Source: an uncultured Nitrososphaerota archaeon
Lineage (GTDB): Archaea; Thermoproteota; Nitrososphaeria; Nitrososphaerales; CADDZS01
Assembly (NCBI GenBank): GCA_963799845.1
Contig: CAWCYI010000006.1
Location: 1,408,001-1,472,000 of the forward strand
Reading direction: 5' to 3'
DNA: 64,000 bases
A program made the position numbers and the translations under genes. Below, piece after piece: positions 29,101 to 38,807 of this stretch. Every line of letters starts with the position of its first letter. The stretch's first letter is position 1. Below the pieces are notes generated by a model that saw nothing but the letters and a program-made list of their open reading frames with translations, had not been told where the DNA came from and searched no databases.

Positions 29101-29182
29101 GCAAGCCTAACACTCCGAAGGACAAGCAAATTTGTCCCTCAAACGAAAAAACGGAAATGACGCCAGATTGCTTGCCGGGCAT
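29084..29182 (-). CDS. Putative ilv/leu operon leader peptide (32 aa)
   Basis: MPGKQSGVISVFSFEGQICLSFGVLGLPILVA*; 11/32 residues are Ile/Leu/Val, 6 of the last 9; lies between a TATA box and ilvB. Confidence 0.6.
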   Translation of the reverse strand: MPGKQSGVISVFSFEGQICLSFGVLGLPILVA

Positions 29183-29212
29183 TTCTTACTGATTGTTTGC
29201 ATAATTCTTGTA

Positions 29213-29224
29213 ATTATTTAAAAG
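29213..29224 (-). promoter_or_regulatory. TATA box of the ilv/leu operon
   Basis: CTTTTAAATAAT about 35 nt upstream of the leader ATG. Confidence 0.5.
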
Positions 29225-29392
29225 TACCGAGTAAGGATTTGAGAATCCTTTAGAGATGATTCCCCAGCAGAATCTTTGAGGACTAGTCATGTTACATCGT
29301 GAATAGTCCTCGGATTATCGCTGATGATTGGCCCATGCTTCGTGAAAATAGTTTAACTCTTTTAACCTCACTTCGTACGCAAAATTACGATC

Positions 29393-30316
29393 TTGAGCTA
29401 TTCTGGCGGTTCAGGCAAGTCGTTTGGGAGCAAGGGGTTTTCCTCCCAAAAGAAGGAAAGAAAGAAGAAACAGGAATACCACAAGCACCGGTTAAAATTT
29501 ATCCCTGAGGAACACTTGAGCTTTGAACAGCTCAAGGAACGAGTTTCAACCGGGTTAGACCGGCTTGGAAACCAAGTTTTTTCATTCGAACCCGGCGGGT
29601 ACAGTTTTCACAACTGGATGACGAGCATTAATTTGCTGCTAGATGATTTTGAAGAAAAATGTGGACCCGTGAATCTGCCACGAGAATATTTTGACGCTCG
29701 GCTTGAGATGAGCGCGGAACTCCAAAAACCCGTTGATACCACGGAAGCGGATACAGAAATTCAGCGCCTAGAAAAAGAAATTTTGTCAAATGAGGAAAAT
29801 ATTTCAGAGATTGCTCGAAGGTCTCAGAAGGAAGCGGTGGAGGAAAGACATCAAGATGATTCTAAAATTCAGCGCCTGAAGAAAGAGCGGACGCAAACCG
29901 ATATTGAAATAGAAAAGGCGAAGGCCGACCTTGACGAGCAAAAGAGAAAGGCAAACCAATCCTTGTTCAAACGACTGTTTTCCAGTTCTGAAGCAGTCAG
30001 AGTGGCTCAGGAGAAACTGGATTCCCTCACTGCCCGCCGGGAGGAAATTGAGGAAAATATGAAAATGCTGGAAGAGGATCGCTCAGAAAGACAGGGTGTG
30101 ATAAAGAATTTCGATCATGAGATCTCGGAGTTGCGGTTAACACTAGAAGACTTGAGAAGAAATCTAGGGGAAGTGGAAAGTAAGAAACAGGAAGCGATGC
30201 AGCTCAGCGATAAGAGGAGGGAAGTGACGAAATCAATGTCGATCATTATATCCTCACTTCATCTTAGCGAGCACTCAGAGAACTCTTCAAACGAAGAAGA
30301 TGAAAAGACTGTTTGA
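29393..30316 (+). CDS. Coiled-coil hypothetical protein
   Basis: Long E/K/R/Q-rich heptad region interrupted by SLFKRLFS. Confidence 0.75.
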   Translation: MSYSGGSGKSFGSKGFSSQKKERKKKQEYHKHRLKFIPEEHLSFEQLKERVSTGLDRLGNQVFSFEPGGYSFHNWMTSINLLLDDFEEKCGPVNLPREYFDARLEMSAELQKPVDTTEADTEIQRLEKEILSNEENISEIARRSQKEAVEERHQDDSKIQRLKKERTQTDIEIEKAKADLDEQKRKANQSLFKRLFSSSEAVRVAQEKLDSLTARREEIEENMKMLEEDRSERQGVIKNFDHEISELRLTLEDLRRNLGEVESKKQEAMQLSDKRREVTKSMSIIISSLHLSEHSENSSNEEDEKTV

Positions 30317-30380
30317 ATAAGACCTAGTTCTATTCAGAATTCGTTATGATTGTCCCAAGTTTGGGCAAGGTTGCAAATTA

Positions 30381-30426
30381 TAAAAAAGAAGGGTGCCTAG
30401 TAATCCAAGGTTTGCGGAATTACTAG
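30381..30426 (-). terminator. Hairpin plus U-tract downstream of the TRAM gene
   Basis: ctagtaattcc…ggattactag stem followed by cttctttttt on the minus strand. Confidence 0.5.
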
Positions 30427-30481
30427 ATTGAAGTAATCTTCTGTATTTTGGACGCCGCAGAGGGGGGAGATTTTGTCTAGT

Positions 30482-30847
30482 CTAGGCAGAAGTGTCGTCA
30501 TTGTCCGCCGTTGACTCGGTCATCGAATCTCCAGAGCCTGAAGATTCGCTCGCAGAAGAGTCTGAACTTGCCGCAGCACTACCGGTAACGACCGTGGCGC
30601 TGGCAAATCTTGGACCGACTCGATCCACTTTGATCTTGACCTTCTGTCCTACCTTTGCTCCTTGTACAAAGATCACGAAACCTTGGACTTTTGCGACTCC
30701 GTCGCCACGTCTTGAAAGTTCAGTGACTTCTACGTCGTATTCCTTACCTACTTCGACAGGCTTCGGACCCATAGGAGGCCTTCCTCCACCGAATCCGCCC
30801 CTGTTTCCACCGTAACCGCCTCTGTCGCGGTCTCTACCGTAGCTCAT
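30482..30847 (-). CDS. Single TRAM-domain RNA-binding protein with Gly/Arg-rich N-terminus
   Basis: PVEVGKEYDVEV…GDGVAKVQGFVIFV…GQKVKIKV. Confidence 0.92.
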   Translation of the reverse strand: MSYGRDRDRGGYGGNRGGFGGGRPPMGPKPVEVGKEYDVEVTELSRRGDGVAKVQGFVIFVQGAKVGQKVKIKVDRVGPRFASATVVTGSAAASSDSSASESSGSGDSMTESTADNDDTSA

Positions 30848-31079
30848 GTTAGTTACGCTCGAAACACCACTTTTTCTGCCACGATATAAGGAAAGCTACT
30901 CCATTCTCAAGTAGATTTACATGATTTTCTCAGATAATAAGGTCGAATTTTTGTGAATTCTATATAGGCCACTTTCATGAGGAAAATCGCGACATTTGAA
31001 TGAGCGGATTCTGGATCTGAACGGAATATGGAAAACGTGTAAATATCAAAACGCGCGTACTTACCGAGTTGAACGGAAA

Positions 31080-31217
31080 ATGAAATACGCATGTACGAAG
31101 TGTGAGCGGACCTTCAATAATAGAGGGGATGCGGACACACACGAAAACGAATCTGGGCACAAGGTCGAGCTTCGAACTGGTGAGACCTATTGGGGAGCCC
31201 ATCTGGTTGCAGTTTAA
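31080..31217 (+). CDS. Small C2H2 zinc-finger protein
   Basis: YACTKCERTF…HENESGH. Confidence 0.7.
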   Translation: MKYACTKCERTFNNRGDADTHENESGHKVELRTGETYWGAHLVAV

Positions 31218-31267
31218 CTGACGGAGTTTCTCCGGCTTTTTGCGAACGGCGTACTGGTTCGTTATTT

Positions 31268-31297
31268 GTGGGTTCCAAACCCCACGCCCCCTTTTTT
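31268..31297 (+). terminator. Hairpin plus T6
   Basis: gtggg…cccac followed by tttttt. Confidence 0.5.
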
Positions 31298-31356
31298 AGA
31301 TTAAGCGGATTTTTCGATGCGCAAGACTAAAACGACTGAAATGCCCTTTCGATTCT

Positions 31357-33129
31357 GTGATCTCTTCCACCGTCTCGCCGTCTGAGAAATCTCGGCCGGA
31401 TCTTCCGATTTTCTCGATCCTCGACTCGATCGATTTTGAAGATCACTTTGTTCTTCTAGGTGATGTCGGCACCGGCAAGACAACCGTAACGCCGATCCAC
31501 GAGTTCAACAAGAACCAAAAGAAAAGAGAAATCGTCATCCGAGAACCATCGAGGGCCTCGTGCAACGCGCTGTATTACTCTCTGCAGGCGCTTTACCCGG
31601 AACTCAAGGACGATCTTGCGGTGATTACGAAGGACACTAAAATCAATGTAGACCGCGGAAGGATTCGGATTGTAACCGACGGTGTCCTCCTCAGGATGCT
31701 CGCCGAAAATTCCCTTAGAGATGTCTCAATTTACTTCGATGAAAGCCATCAGATGACGTCCCAGCTCGAGCTCTGCATGTCTCTTGCAATGAAGAATTCG
31801 TCCGGCAGAGGAAACTTGTTCCGGGTTATGAGCGCGACCATCGACCCGGCCGAGTTTTTGTCCTTCATGGGGATCAAGAATCTCTACACGATTTCAGGCA
31901 GGAGATATCCAGTCTCGATCGAGCTCGAAATGGCGAAGGACAATTTCGAGATGCAGGACAAGCTCGCATCTTACCTCTATTCGCAACCCGAGAGTGAATC
32001 GTGGCTTGTATTCCTTCCTACCAGGCGCCTCGTTGAAAAATACGCAAAGAGCTACGGCGGCGTTTACCTCCACGGCGGACTCGAGGGTGCCGAGGTCAAC
32101 AAGATCCAGCAGAGGGCGGAGATAGACAAGAACCTGAAGATTTTTGCGACAAACGTCGTCGCCTCTTCAGTCAACATTTACGTGGACAATGTCTTGATCT
32201 TCAACGAGACAATTGAAGGCAGAGACAAGTTAGGGCACAAAGTACTCGAATACAAATCGATTGACAATAATTCCCTTCTGCAGATGATCGGGAGGATTGG
32301 GAGGTTCAAGCCGGGCAGGGCCGTGATCTTAAGCGACGTTCCTATCCCCAAGACCATTTCTCCCAAGAAGGTGTACAAGTCTCTCGAAAGGGAAACACCG
32401 TTTGACCTTGTTCTACTGATGTCCAAGTACGGGTTGAAGCTAACAGATCTCGAGTTCATGTCCAAACTTAATCTAGATGAAATTGCCTTCGCGGAAAATT
32501 GGCTCTTCGAAATCGGTGCGATCCAAAAGGAGATGCACACGATAACCGAAAAAGGTGTCCTGATGAGCGAAATCCCCTACGATCCCGATTTCGCCCACAT
32601 GATCTCGGAAGCAATCGTCCGCGGAAACAATGGGGTAGCGAGATTTCTGCTGGCGGCGGGCTCGTTCGGGGATTCTCTCAATCATGCGTTCAGAACCGAG
32701 ATGGAGGCGCAGGCGAGCGAGTTTCTCTACGCGTTCGACAAGACGAGCGAGCTTGGAGTCAAGGCAAAACTGCTCCAGAAATACTCCGAGGATCGCGAAG
32801 GATTATTTCTCTCGAAGCTCGTAGACAATGGCATATATCCTCGGTTTCTTGAGGAGGCGTGGAAGAACTATGATGCAGCTCGCGATTCGCTCAACGACAT
32901 CATCAAGAGAGAGGGAAAGGAGATACCAAAAGAAGTAGTCTCTGAGATTGACTCTTCAAAGCTAGAGGAGTATCTCAAAGACTGTCTGACCTTCGAGCAC
33001 TACTATCTCCACGAGGCAAAGGAGTTCGGCCTCGACGACCTGAGGATTGAGGGCGACTTTTACGCGAGGAGTATAACAATGAACTTCAGGAAGATCCTGT
33101 ATGACGTAGTCGCGATTGAACCGAACTAA
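31357..33129 (+). CDS. Minimal DEAH/RHA (HrpA-like) helicase
   Basis: GTGKT, EPSR, TDGVLLR, DESH, MSAT, GRRYPV, LVFLP, ATNVVASS, QMIGRIGR and an HA2-like ITEKGVLMSEIPYDPDFAHMI. Confidence 0.88.
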   Translation: MISSTVSPSEKSRPDLPIFSILDSIDFEDHFVLLGDVGTGKTTVTPIHEFNKNQKKREIVIREPSRASCNALYYSLQALYPELKDDLAVITKDTKINVDRGRIRIVTDGVLLRMLAENSLRDVSIYFDESHQMTSQLELCMSLAMKNSSGRGNLFRVMSATIDPAEFLSFMGIKNLYTISGRRYPVSIELEMAKDNFEMQDKLASYLYSQPESESWLVFLPTRRLVEKYAKSYGGVYLHGGLEGAEVNKIQQRAEIDKNLKIFATNVVASSVNIYVDNVLIFNETIEGRDKLGHKVLEYKSIDNNSLLQMIGRIGRFKPGRAVILSDVPIPKTISPKKVYKSLERETPFDLVLLMSKYGLKLTDLEFMSKLNLDEIAFAENWLFEIGAIQKEMHTITEKGVLMSEIPYDPDFAHMISEAIVRGNNGVARFLLAAGSFGDSLNHAFRTEMEAQASEFLYAFDKTSELGVKAKLLQKYSEDREGLFLSKLVDNGIYPRFLEEAWKNYDAARDSLNDIIKREGKEIPKEVVSEIDSSKLEEYLKDCLTFEHYYLHEAKEFGLDDLRIEGDFYARSITMNFRKILYDVVAIEPN

Positions 33130-33914
33130 CTTGTGGAGATTTTTACCCGCGAATACGTCCTGTATGCGAGAGCAAAGAGAGCTGCAGTCTCAACAATAAG
33201 TACCAGAGTCTCGACCGGCTTCCAGGTATCCAGGAAATAGGCTGGGTTGCCGAGACCTGCCCTGATTCCATCGCTAATGTAAGTCAGAGGGTTGATGTAG
33301 GAGACCACTCGAAGCGGCAACGGCGTCACCGAGGTTATCGGGTAAAATACATCAGAAACAAAATTGATCACAAACAGAATAATTATCTGGATGGAATTGT
33401 ACATCTGGCTTGTCTTCACCTTGGCTGCGATGTAGAGCATCGTGGAACAAAAGAAAATCGCGCCGACCACGAGGTTCAGCAGAACTAGGCCCAGACCCTC
33501 GAATGAGAAAAAGATGTGAGTTCCCAACGGAATTGAGATTCCGATCATAATTGCCGCTCCGACGAAGGAGGCTGTAGTCGTCGCGATAATTATCCCGACG
33601 AGGTACTGGCTCCGCGTAAAGGGTCCTGAGAGGATCTGCGAAAACATGCCAAATTTTCGATCGAGCCACAGCATGCTTCCCCCAATCGTCCCTGCCATCA
33701 CGGTCTGAAACGCGACGATGCCGGGAGCAAGGTACGAGGTGTAGTTGAAGGTAACACCATTAACGGAAAAGTCGGAGACAATCGAGACAAACATCGAGCC
33801 AAGAAAGATCAGATACATTGCCGGCAGTCCAATGATAACGACGAGGCTCGCCGGGTCCATGTTCACTTTCAAATTTCGCCACGCGAGACGTATAGAGTTG
33901 GGGATCTGACTCAA
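33126..33914 (-). CDS. ABC-2 type permease
   Basis: YLAPGI, six TM helices, NPLTYISDGIR. Confidence 0.9.
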   Translation of the reverse strand: MSQIPNSIRLAWRNLKVNMDPASLVVIIGLPAMYLIFLGSMFVSIVSDFSVNGVTFNYTSYLAPGIVAFQTVMAGTIGGSMLWLDRKFGMFSQILSGPFTRSQYLVGIIIATTTASFVGAAIMIGISIPLGTHIFFSFEGLGLVLLNLVVGAIFFCSTMLYIAAKVKTSQMYNSIQIIILFVINFVSDVFYPITSVTPLPLRVVSYINPLTYISDGIRAGLGNPAYFLDTWKPVETLVLIVETAALFALAYRTYSRVKISTS

Positions 33915-34930
33915 TAGGTACTCTCGCCCTCATCGGGGGACACGGTCTGAATGAATACGTCTTCCAGCGTGCTCTTTCTGATGTTCAGCCACTCGAGCTT
34001 TGCTTTCTGATCTGAAGTTAGAGCGATCATCGTCTCGATCACTTTTTCTGGATTTTTTGCGACGATGATTGCAGGTTCAGTTCCTTCCGGCTCTCTCGTG
34101 ATCTCTACTTCGGGATGTATTTTTTTCAATTGGGAGAAGAAGATTTCATACGACGGTGGCTTTCCATCCACTGGCGAGAGGATCAGCTCGATCGCTTTAG
34201 TCTCACCGTAGCGGCGTTTCAAATTTTCGGCTGTATCGAGAGCGAGCAGTCGACCCTTGTCCATGATTGCGATGCGGTCGCACAAATAGTCTGCCTCCTC
34301 CAGATTGTGGGTCGTGAACAAAATCGTGAGGTTCTCGTTTTTCGCTTTATCCTTCAAGAGATCGAGAATGCGACGGCGCATGATTGGGTCGAGGCCTACT
34401 GTGGGTTCGTCCAGAAATAGCAGATCCATAGGGTGTAGGAACTCCCTCGCGACCTGTACCCTTCTCTTCTGACCTCCGGAGAGCTCTGTCGCGGAAGTTT
34501 TCAGGAAATCTTCCAGCCCAAAGATCTTTACGAGTTCATCTCGTTTTTTCTCCCTGACTGGTTTCGGGACACCCCATAGAAAGCCGTAAAGATCGAAATT
34601 CTGCTTCACGGTCGTGAACTCAAACGAGACTTCTTGCTGGACGACGCCGATCCTCTTTCTGATCTCTTGCCCGCGTTTGGTTACATCAAAACCCAAGACA
34701 GAAATCTTCCCTTTAGTGGGCTGGAGCAAAGTTGTCAGAACTTTTATCGTCGATGTTTTACCGGCCCCGTTTTTGCCAAGAAGTCCGAAGATCTCGCCTT
34801 TCTTAACTTGAAACGAGATGTCGTTTACAACGTACTCCTTGCCGTTGTAAGTATGAGAAAAACCTTCGACCGAAATGGCGTTCTCATAGTCAACTAAGTT
34901 CGGCGAGTCGACAGACTCCTGCAAGGCCAT
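33911..34930 (-). CDS. ABC transporter ATP-binding protein (DrrA-like)
   Basis: GKNGAGKT, LSGGQ, FLDEPT, TTH. Confidence 0.93.
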   Translation of the reverse strand: MALQESVDSPNLVDYENAISVEGFSHTYNGKEYVVNDISFQVKKGEIFGLLGKNGAGKTSTIKVLTTLLQPTKGKISVLGFDVTKRGQEIRKRIGVVQQEVSFEFTTVKQNFDLYGFLWGVPKPVREKKRDELVKIFGLEDFLKTSATELSGGQKRRVQVAREFLHPMDLLFLDEPTVGLDPIMRRRILDLLKDKAKNENLTILFTTHNLEEADYLCDRIAIMDKGRLLALDTAENLKRRYGETKAIELILSPVDGKPPSYEIFFSQLKKIHPEVEITREPEGTEPAIIVAKNPEKVIETMIALTSDQKAKLEWLNIRKSTLEDVFIQTVSPDEGESTY

Positions 34931-34986
34931 TCGGTAACAATTCCACGGAGAGACTAAAGTGAATGAAATTGTGATTTAATTATTGC

Positions 34987-35460
34987 TCACGTAAGTTGGT
35001 CGTCCAAAGTCAACCTGTAGTAGTACCAATCGCTCAGTCTCCTCGCTCCTTGTTTCTCGTAAAATCTAATCGCGTTCTTGTTCCACGTGAGTACGGCCCA
35101 CTCCATCCTGCCGCAATCCTCTCTCTTGGCTTCACGCACGCATCTCAAGAAGAGATTCCACCCAATTCCCATCTTCCGGTGCTCTTCAAGTACGAAAATG
35201 TCTTCAAGGTAGAGAGTTCTCTTTGCAAGAAACGATGAATACGTGTAATAGTACATCGCATAGCCGACAACGTCTTTGTCTTTTTGATCTATAGCAACGA
35301 AAGTTTCTAGCCACTTTTTAGAGAAAATGTCATCGATAATTCTGCGTCTCGCGTCATTATCTGGAGGATCGAGATGTTCAAAATCTGCCAGAGCGACAAG
35401 AAGATTGAGGAGTTGAGACGAATCTTTCCGTTTGGCTCGACGTATCGAGTAGCGGCCCAT
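34987..35460 (-). CDS. GNAT acetyltransferase (SSAT-like)
   Basis: LYLEDIFV…RKMGIG, WAVLTWNKNAIRFY. Confidence 0.9.
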   Translation of the reverse strand: MGRYSIRRAKRKDSSQLLNLLVALADFEHLDPPDNDARRRIIDDIFSKKWLETFVAIDQKDKDVVGYAMYYYTYSSFLAKRTLYLEDIFVLEEHRKMGIGWNLFLRCVREAKREDCGRMEWAVLTWNKNAIRFYEKQGARRLSDWYYYRLTLDDQLT

Positions 35461-35574
35461 TTCGGTCTCTTTTGAGGGCCAGACTGTTAAACAATATTTT
35501 CTTCGATTTTTTTCTCTCAATATCTGAAATACGACTGCCAAGGTACCCCGCAAAGATTCAGCCCTGATCTGAGA

Positions 35575-35619
35575 TTAAAGAAGAGGCGGGCTAACCGATC
35601 GAGCAGTGGCCGGCTAGCC
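35575..35619 (-). terminator. GC-rich hairpin plus pyrimidine tract
   Basis: ggctagccgg…tcggttagcc followed by tcttcttt. Confidence 0.45.
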
Positions 35620-35656
35620 AACGATAAGTCTGAATTTTTCTGATCCAGATGCGCGC

Positions 35657-36556
35657 CTAGCTGACTTTGATTCTGACGCTAGCTTTGTTGAGGGATGCGT
35701 CAGTTGCTACTAAGGGCTGACCCCCTTTGACAGCTGTGGTGGGGATTTGAACCGGTACTGAAAATGATCCAGTGCCATCTGTTGTAGCAGTTGCCGTCAA
35801 GGCTGCACCGTTCAGAGTGAAACTGACACTACTACCTGCGGCGAATCCCGTACCAGTGACGGTGATTGTAGCTCCAGGTGCTGCGGTCGTCGGACTGGCG
35901 GTGATATGAGGGTTAACGATGAATGCTCTCTGGGCATTGTTGGTTCCATCGCTAGCAGAGACCTCTTGGCTGCCTTGAGGAACTGCGGGGACTGCAAACG
36001 TGGTAACGAAACCTCCAGTGGTACTAGATGTAGGCGTAGCCTCTGCCACTCCCGAGAAGTAAACTGTTACTGTCACACTTGGAAGGAATCCAGTACCAGT
36101 GACAGTCAGCATGGTTCCGACTATCCGCGGCTTGCCTCCGGTTGTCAAGACAATCTTCGCCGCGGTTCCAATCATTAGAGTATTCGTAGCCTGTAGACCC
36201 TTGGCATCAGTCGCAACAACAGGATATGACCCGACGGCAGTTCCTTTGGGAACGATGAAACTTGTTACAAAGCCCCCTGTAGAGTTAACTGGAACTTTTG
36301 AATCAACTGTTATTCCGTTGAATGTGATTGTGACTGTAGAACCAGCAGTGAAACGCAAGCCCGTTACTTTGACTGATTTTCCGGGCTCGCTGTTGAACGG
36401 CCTCAATATTATTTTTGGAGCAGTGGCCGCGAGCGGACTCGCAGAATATGCCGATGCCGAGATCGGCACTACAAACACCGATGTAAGATACACCGCCGCA
36501 ACAACCATGGCGAAATACAATCCAACACTTCTTCTCGACCGCAATACCTGATTCAT
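35657..36556 (-). CDS. Secreted protein with three tandem Ig-like (IPT/TIG-type) repeats
   Basis: Signal peptide; repeated VTGxGF…STGGF…VP…GxxxVxAxD units. Confidence 0.8.
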   Translation of the reverse strand: MNQVLRSRRSVGLYFAMVVAAVYLTSVFVVPISASAYSASPLAATAPKIILRPFNSEPGKSVKVTGLRFTAGSTVTITFNGITVDSKVPVNSTGGFVTSFIVPKGTAVGSYPVVATDAKGLQATNTLMIGTAAKIVLTTGGKPRIVGTMLTVTGTGFLPSVTVTVYFSGVAEATPTSSTTGGFVTTFAVPAVPQGSQEVSASDGTNNAQRAFIVNPHITASPTTAAPGATITVTGTGFAAGSSVSFTLNGAALTATATTDGTGSFSVPVQIPTTAVKGGQPLVATDASLNKASVRIKVS

Positions 36557-36934
36557 AATCGTTCGTCTCTTGTCTCAATGAGAAGAGTGAATTAATTATT
36601 TACACCTATTGATAGATTCTACTTATTGGAAAATCAAATTTTACGATAGAGAGCATTTCGATTATCGATACATCCCTTTCGGTAATCGAGTGACTTTTCT
36701 AATTATTTTGTTGTTTTGGTGTTTCATTTGTCAATTTTACGTTATAGTAAAAGTTTCAATTGTCACGAGCGTGGAAGTTGCGGTCATGATCGTGATTGGG
36801 AATGATTTCACTCGAAAATCGGGTTCGTCGAACTGAAATCAGCTAACTAGTTGCTCTCAGAGATCTAACAGAAAAGATTAACATGCAATGAGGCGTCCAG
36901 TAGAAGGCACCACAGTACATCGTGCGGTGAACCA

Positions 36935-37429
36935 ATGTCGGAAAATGAGACTCCTCCCAGACCAAGAAGAAGCCGAGGATCGAGGACCGCTCGAATTGTT
37001 AGAGATCCGATCACGGGCAAAGACGCGCCCACCGAAAAACGCGAGGAAAATATGGATTTTATCAGCAAGAAGCTCGCGAAGCTCGATACTCGGAGGCAGG
37101 ATCTTGCCAAGCGATTGGACGAGGCACAGAAATCTGCCGACTATGAAAATTTCCAGAGAATTGGCAATAGCTACCTAGGGACTATCCTCGAAAGCATAAA
37201 CCTCTACATTGATCTAATCAAGGAAATAAGCTCTGAGCCGGTGTCCAGCGAGCTGAAAACAGAGTTCTCTGACATTGTGAAAAAGGGCAGCAACACTAAG
37301 GGCATAGAGGGCCAGTCCGAGTGGATCTCGAACGACGTGTCCCCGCTATATGAAAAAGTCCGCCAGATCTGCGCGTGCGTTTACGCAGCCGTGGCAAAAA
37401 TCGATCAGGAAGCCAACAAGATATCCTAG
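36935..37429 (+). CDS. Hypothetical helical protein
   Basis: 164-aa ORF with an upstream GGTGA SD-like motif. Confidence 0.65.
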   Translation: MSENETPPRPRRSRGSRTARIVRDPITGKDAPTEKREENMDFISKKLAKLDTRRQDLAKRLDEAQKSADYENFQRIGNSYLGTILESINLYIDLIKEISSEPVSSELKTEFSDIVKKGSNTKGIEGQSEWISNDVSPLYEKVRQICACVYAAVAKIDQEANKIS

Positions 37430-37623
37430 CGTCTAATGCCTGCTTCCCTTAGCATTTCTCTGCCGCGAATTTCAGCGTCTTTCCAGTGAACAGGACAGCG
37501 AGTTATCGACTCTCCGTTTACATCGGCCCAGAGCCATCCCTTCGAGTAAAGTATCTGAGCGCTACTCCTAGCAGAAATTCCGCAAATGTCGCAGTGAAGT
37601 TCCAAAAGTTCTTCGGTTGGCAT
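37426..37623 (-). CDS. Small putative zinc-binding protein
   Basis: CDIC…GW…CPVH. Confidence 0.6.
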   Translation of the reverse strand: MPTEELLELHCDICGISARSSAQILYSKGWLWADVNGESITRCPVHWKDAEIRGREMLREAGIRR

Positions 37624-37942
37624 AGGTCTGCGAATTTGGGGCGCAGTAAAAAACTTTGTTACCCATCGTCAGGCCAAAATATTTCTCCTACTGAAATCGT
37701 AACAAAGAATGGAAGAACGGTTGGATCCTAATTTACTATTGATTTTTTTATCGAAGAAATCCGAAATAGCATATCTAGTTTCGCCAAGTTTAAACCCAAT
37801 TACAATGAATGCTAGGCCGTGAGGAATTAAGTGCTGCTTAAAATGGATTGTAATTTTCAAGGATTAGACCTCGTAGAAACTTGATCAGATCGCGTCGGGA
37901 ATCCATTACCTTTAAGACAAACTTTTCGACTTGTTGAAGAAT

Positions 37943-38371
37943 ATGGCAGCCGGGCCGCACGGAGAGGACTTGAAGGGGAACACGCTTCGAGTCTATACGT
38001 ACCTCTTCAAGGTGCGCAAGTCCGGTATCAGGGAGGCCCAGAGATCGCTCGGGTTCAAGAGTGCCTCGCTCGCCCAATACCATCTGGACAAACTGGTAGA
38101 TCTCGGGCTTGCTGGAAAGGACGAACTGGGTAATTACGTCCTCGCCAAGGAGGTCAAAATCGAGGCTCTCGAGCAGTTCCTGAAAATCGGGACATACATC
38201 ATCCCCCGATTTGTCCTGTACTCAATCATGCTTTCGATACTCTTTGGATATTTCATCATCAGCCCCGAGGCTGGAATCTCCAGGGTAAGCGTCTGGGCAT
38301 ACATTTTCGCTGTCGTCGGCCTCGTGATAACTTGGTACGAGACTATCAGAGCTTGGAGAAGGTCGCCGTAA
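37943..38371 (+). CDS. Membrane-anchored HTH transcriptional regulator
   Basis: GIREAQRSLGFKSASLAQYHLDKLVDLGL plus two TM helices. Confidence 0.85.
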   Translation: MAAGPHGEDLKGNTLRVYTYLFKVRKSGIREAQRSLGFKSASLAQYHLDKLVDLGLAGKDELGNYVLAKEVKIEALEQFLKIGTYIIPRFVLYSIMLSILFGYFIISPEAGISRVSVWAYIFAVVGLVITWYETIRAWRRSP

Positions 38372-38436
38372 CTGTAAGGTTAAAAAACTCGGAAAATTAT
38401 GGGTCACTCGCCCTATTTGGAGATGCCAAACTCATC

Positions 38437-38733
38437 GTGTCCACAGCAGCTGAAAAGCGGGAAAAGCGTAGAATCGAAAATGAAGAAAAAGTTCAGAAAG
38501 CCCTAGGGACTCTACAGCAGATTGTAGAGAGTAACATCACTCCACGGAATATTCGCAAGATCGTAAAGGACGCGATCAATATGTTGAATGATACAAAGAT
38601 ATCGATCGGAGTTCGCGCTGCAAATTCCATCTCGATTCTGGAGGAGGTCAGCCAGGATCCCAATATGCCGTCTTTCAGCCGGGTTACTATATGGTCGGCG
38701 GTCTCCACGCTGGAATCCGTTAGAGAGTCATAA
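38437..38733 (+). CDS. UPF0147 family protein
   Basis: TPRNIRK…VRAANSISILEEVSQDPNMPSFSRVTIW. Confidence 0.9.
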   Translation: MSTAAEKREKRRIENEEKVQKALGTLQQIVESNITPRNIRKIVKDAINMLNDTKISIGVRAANSISILEEVSQDPNMPSFSRVTIWSAVSTLESVRES

Positions 38734-38807
38734 ATTTTACTTTCGGATAACGCGCCAAAACAGATCTCTTTTATCCATGGGGCATACTATCCAAATCGCT
38801 TGGCGCA

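Noticed and set aside
29107-29202. Alternative uORF MQTISKKCPASN…
   Set aside because: Its ATG is too close to the TATA box to lie in the predicted transcript, and it has no relevant codon enrichment; not fully excluded.
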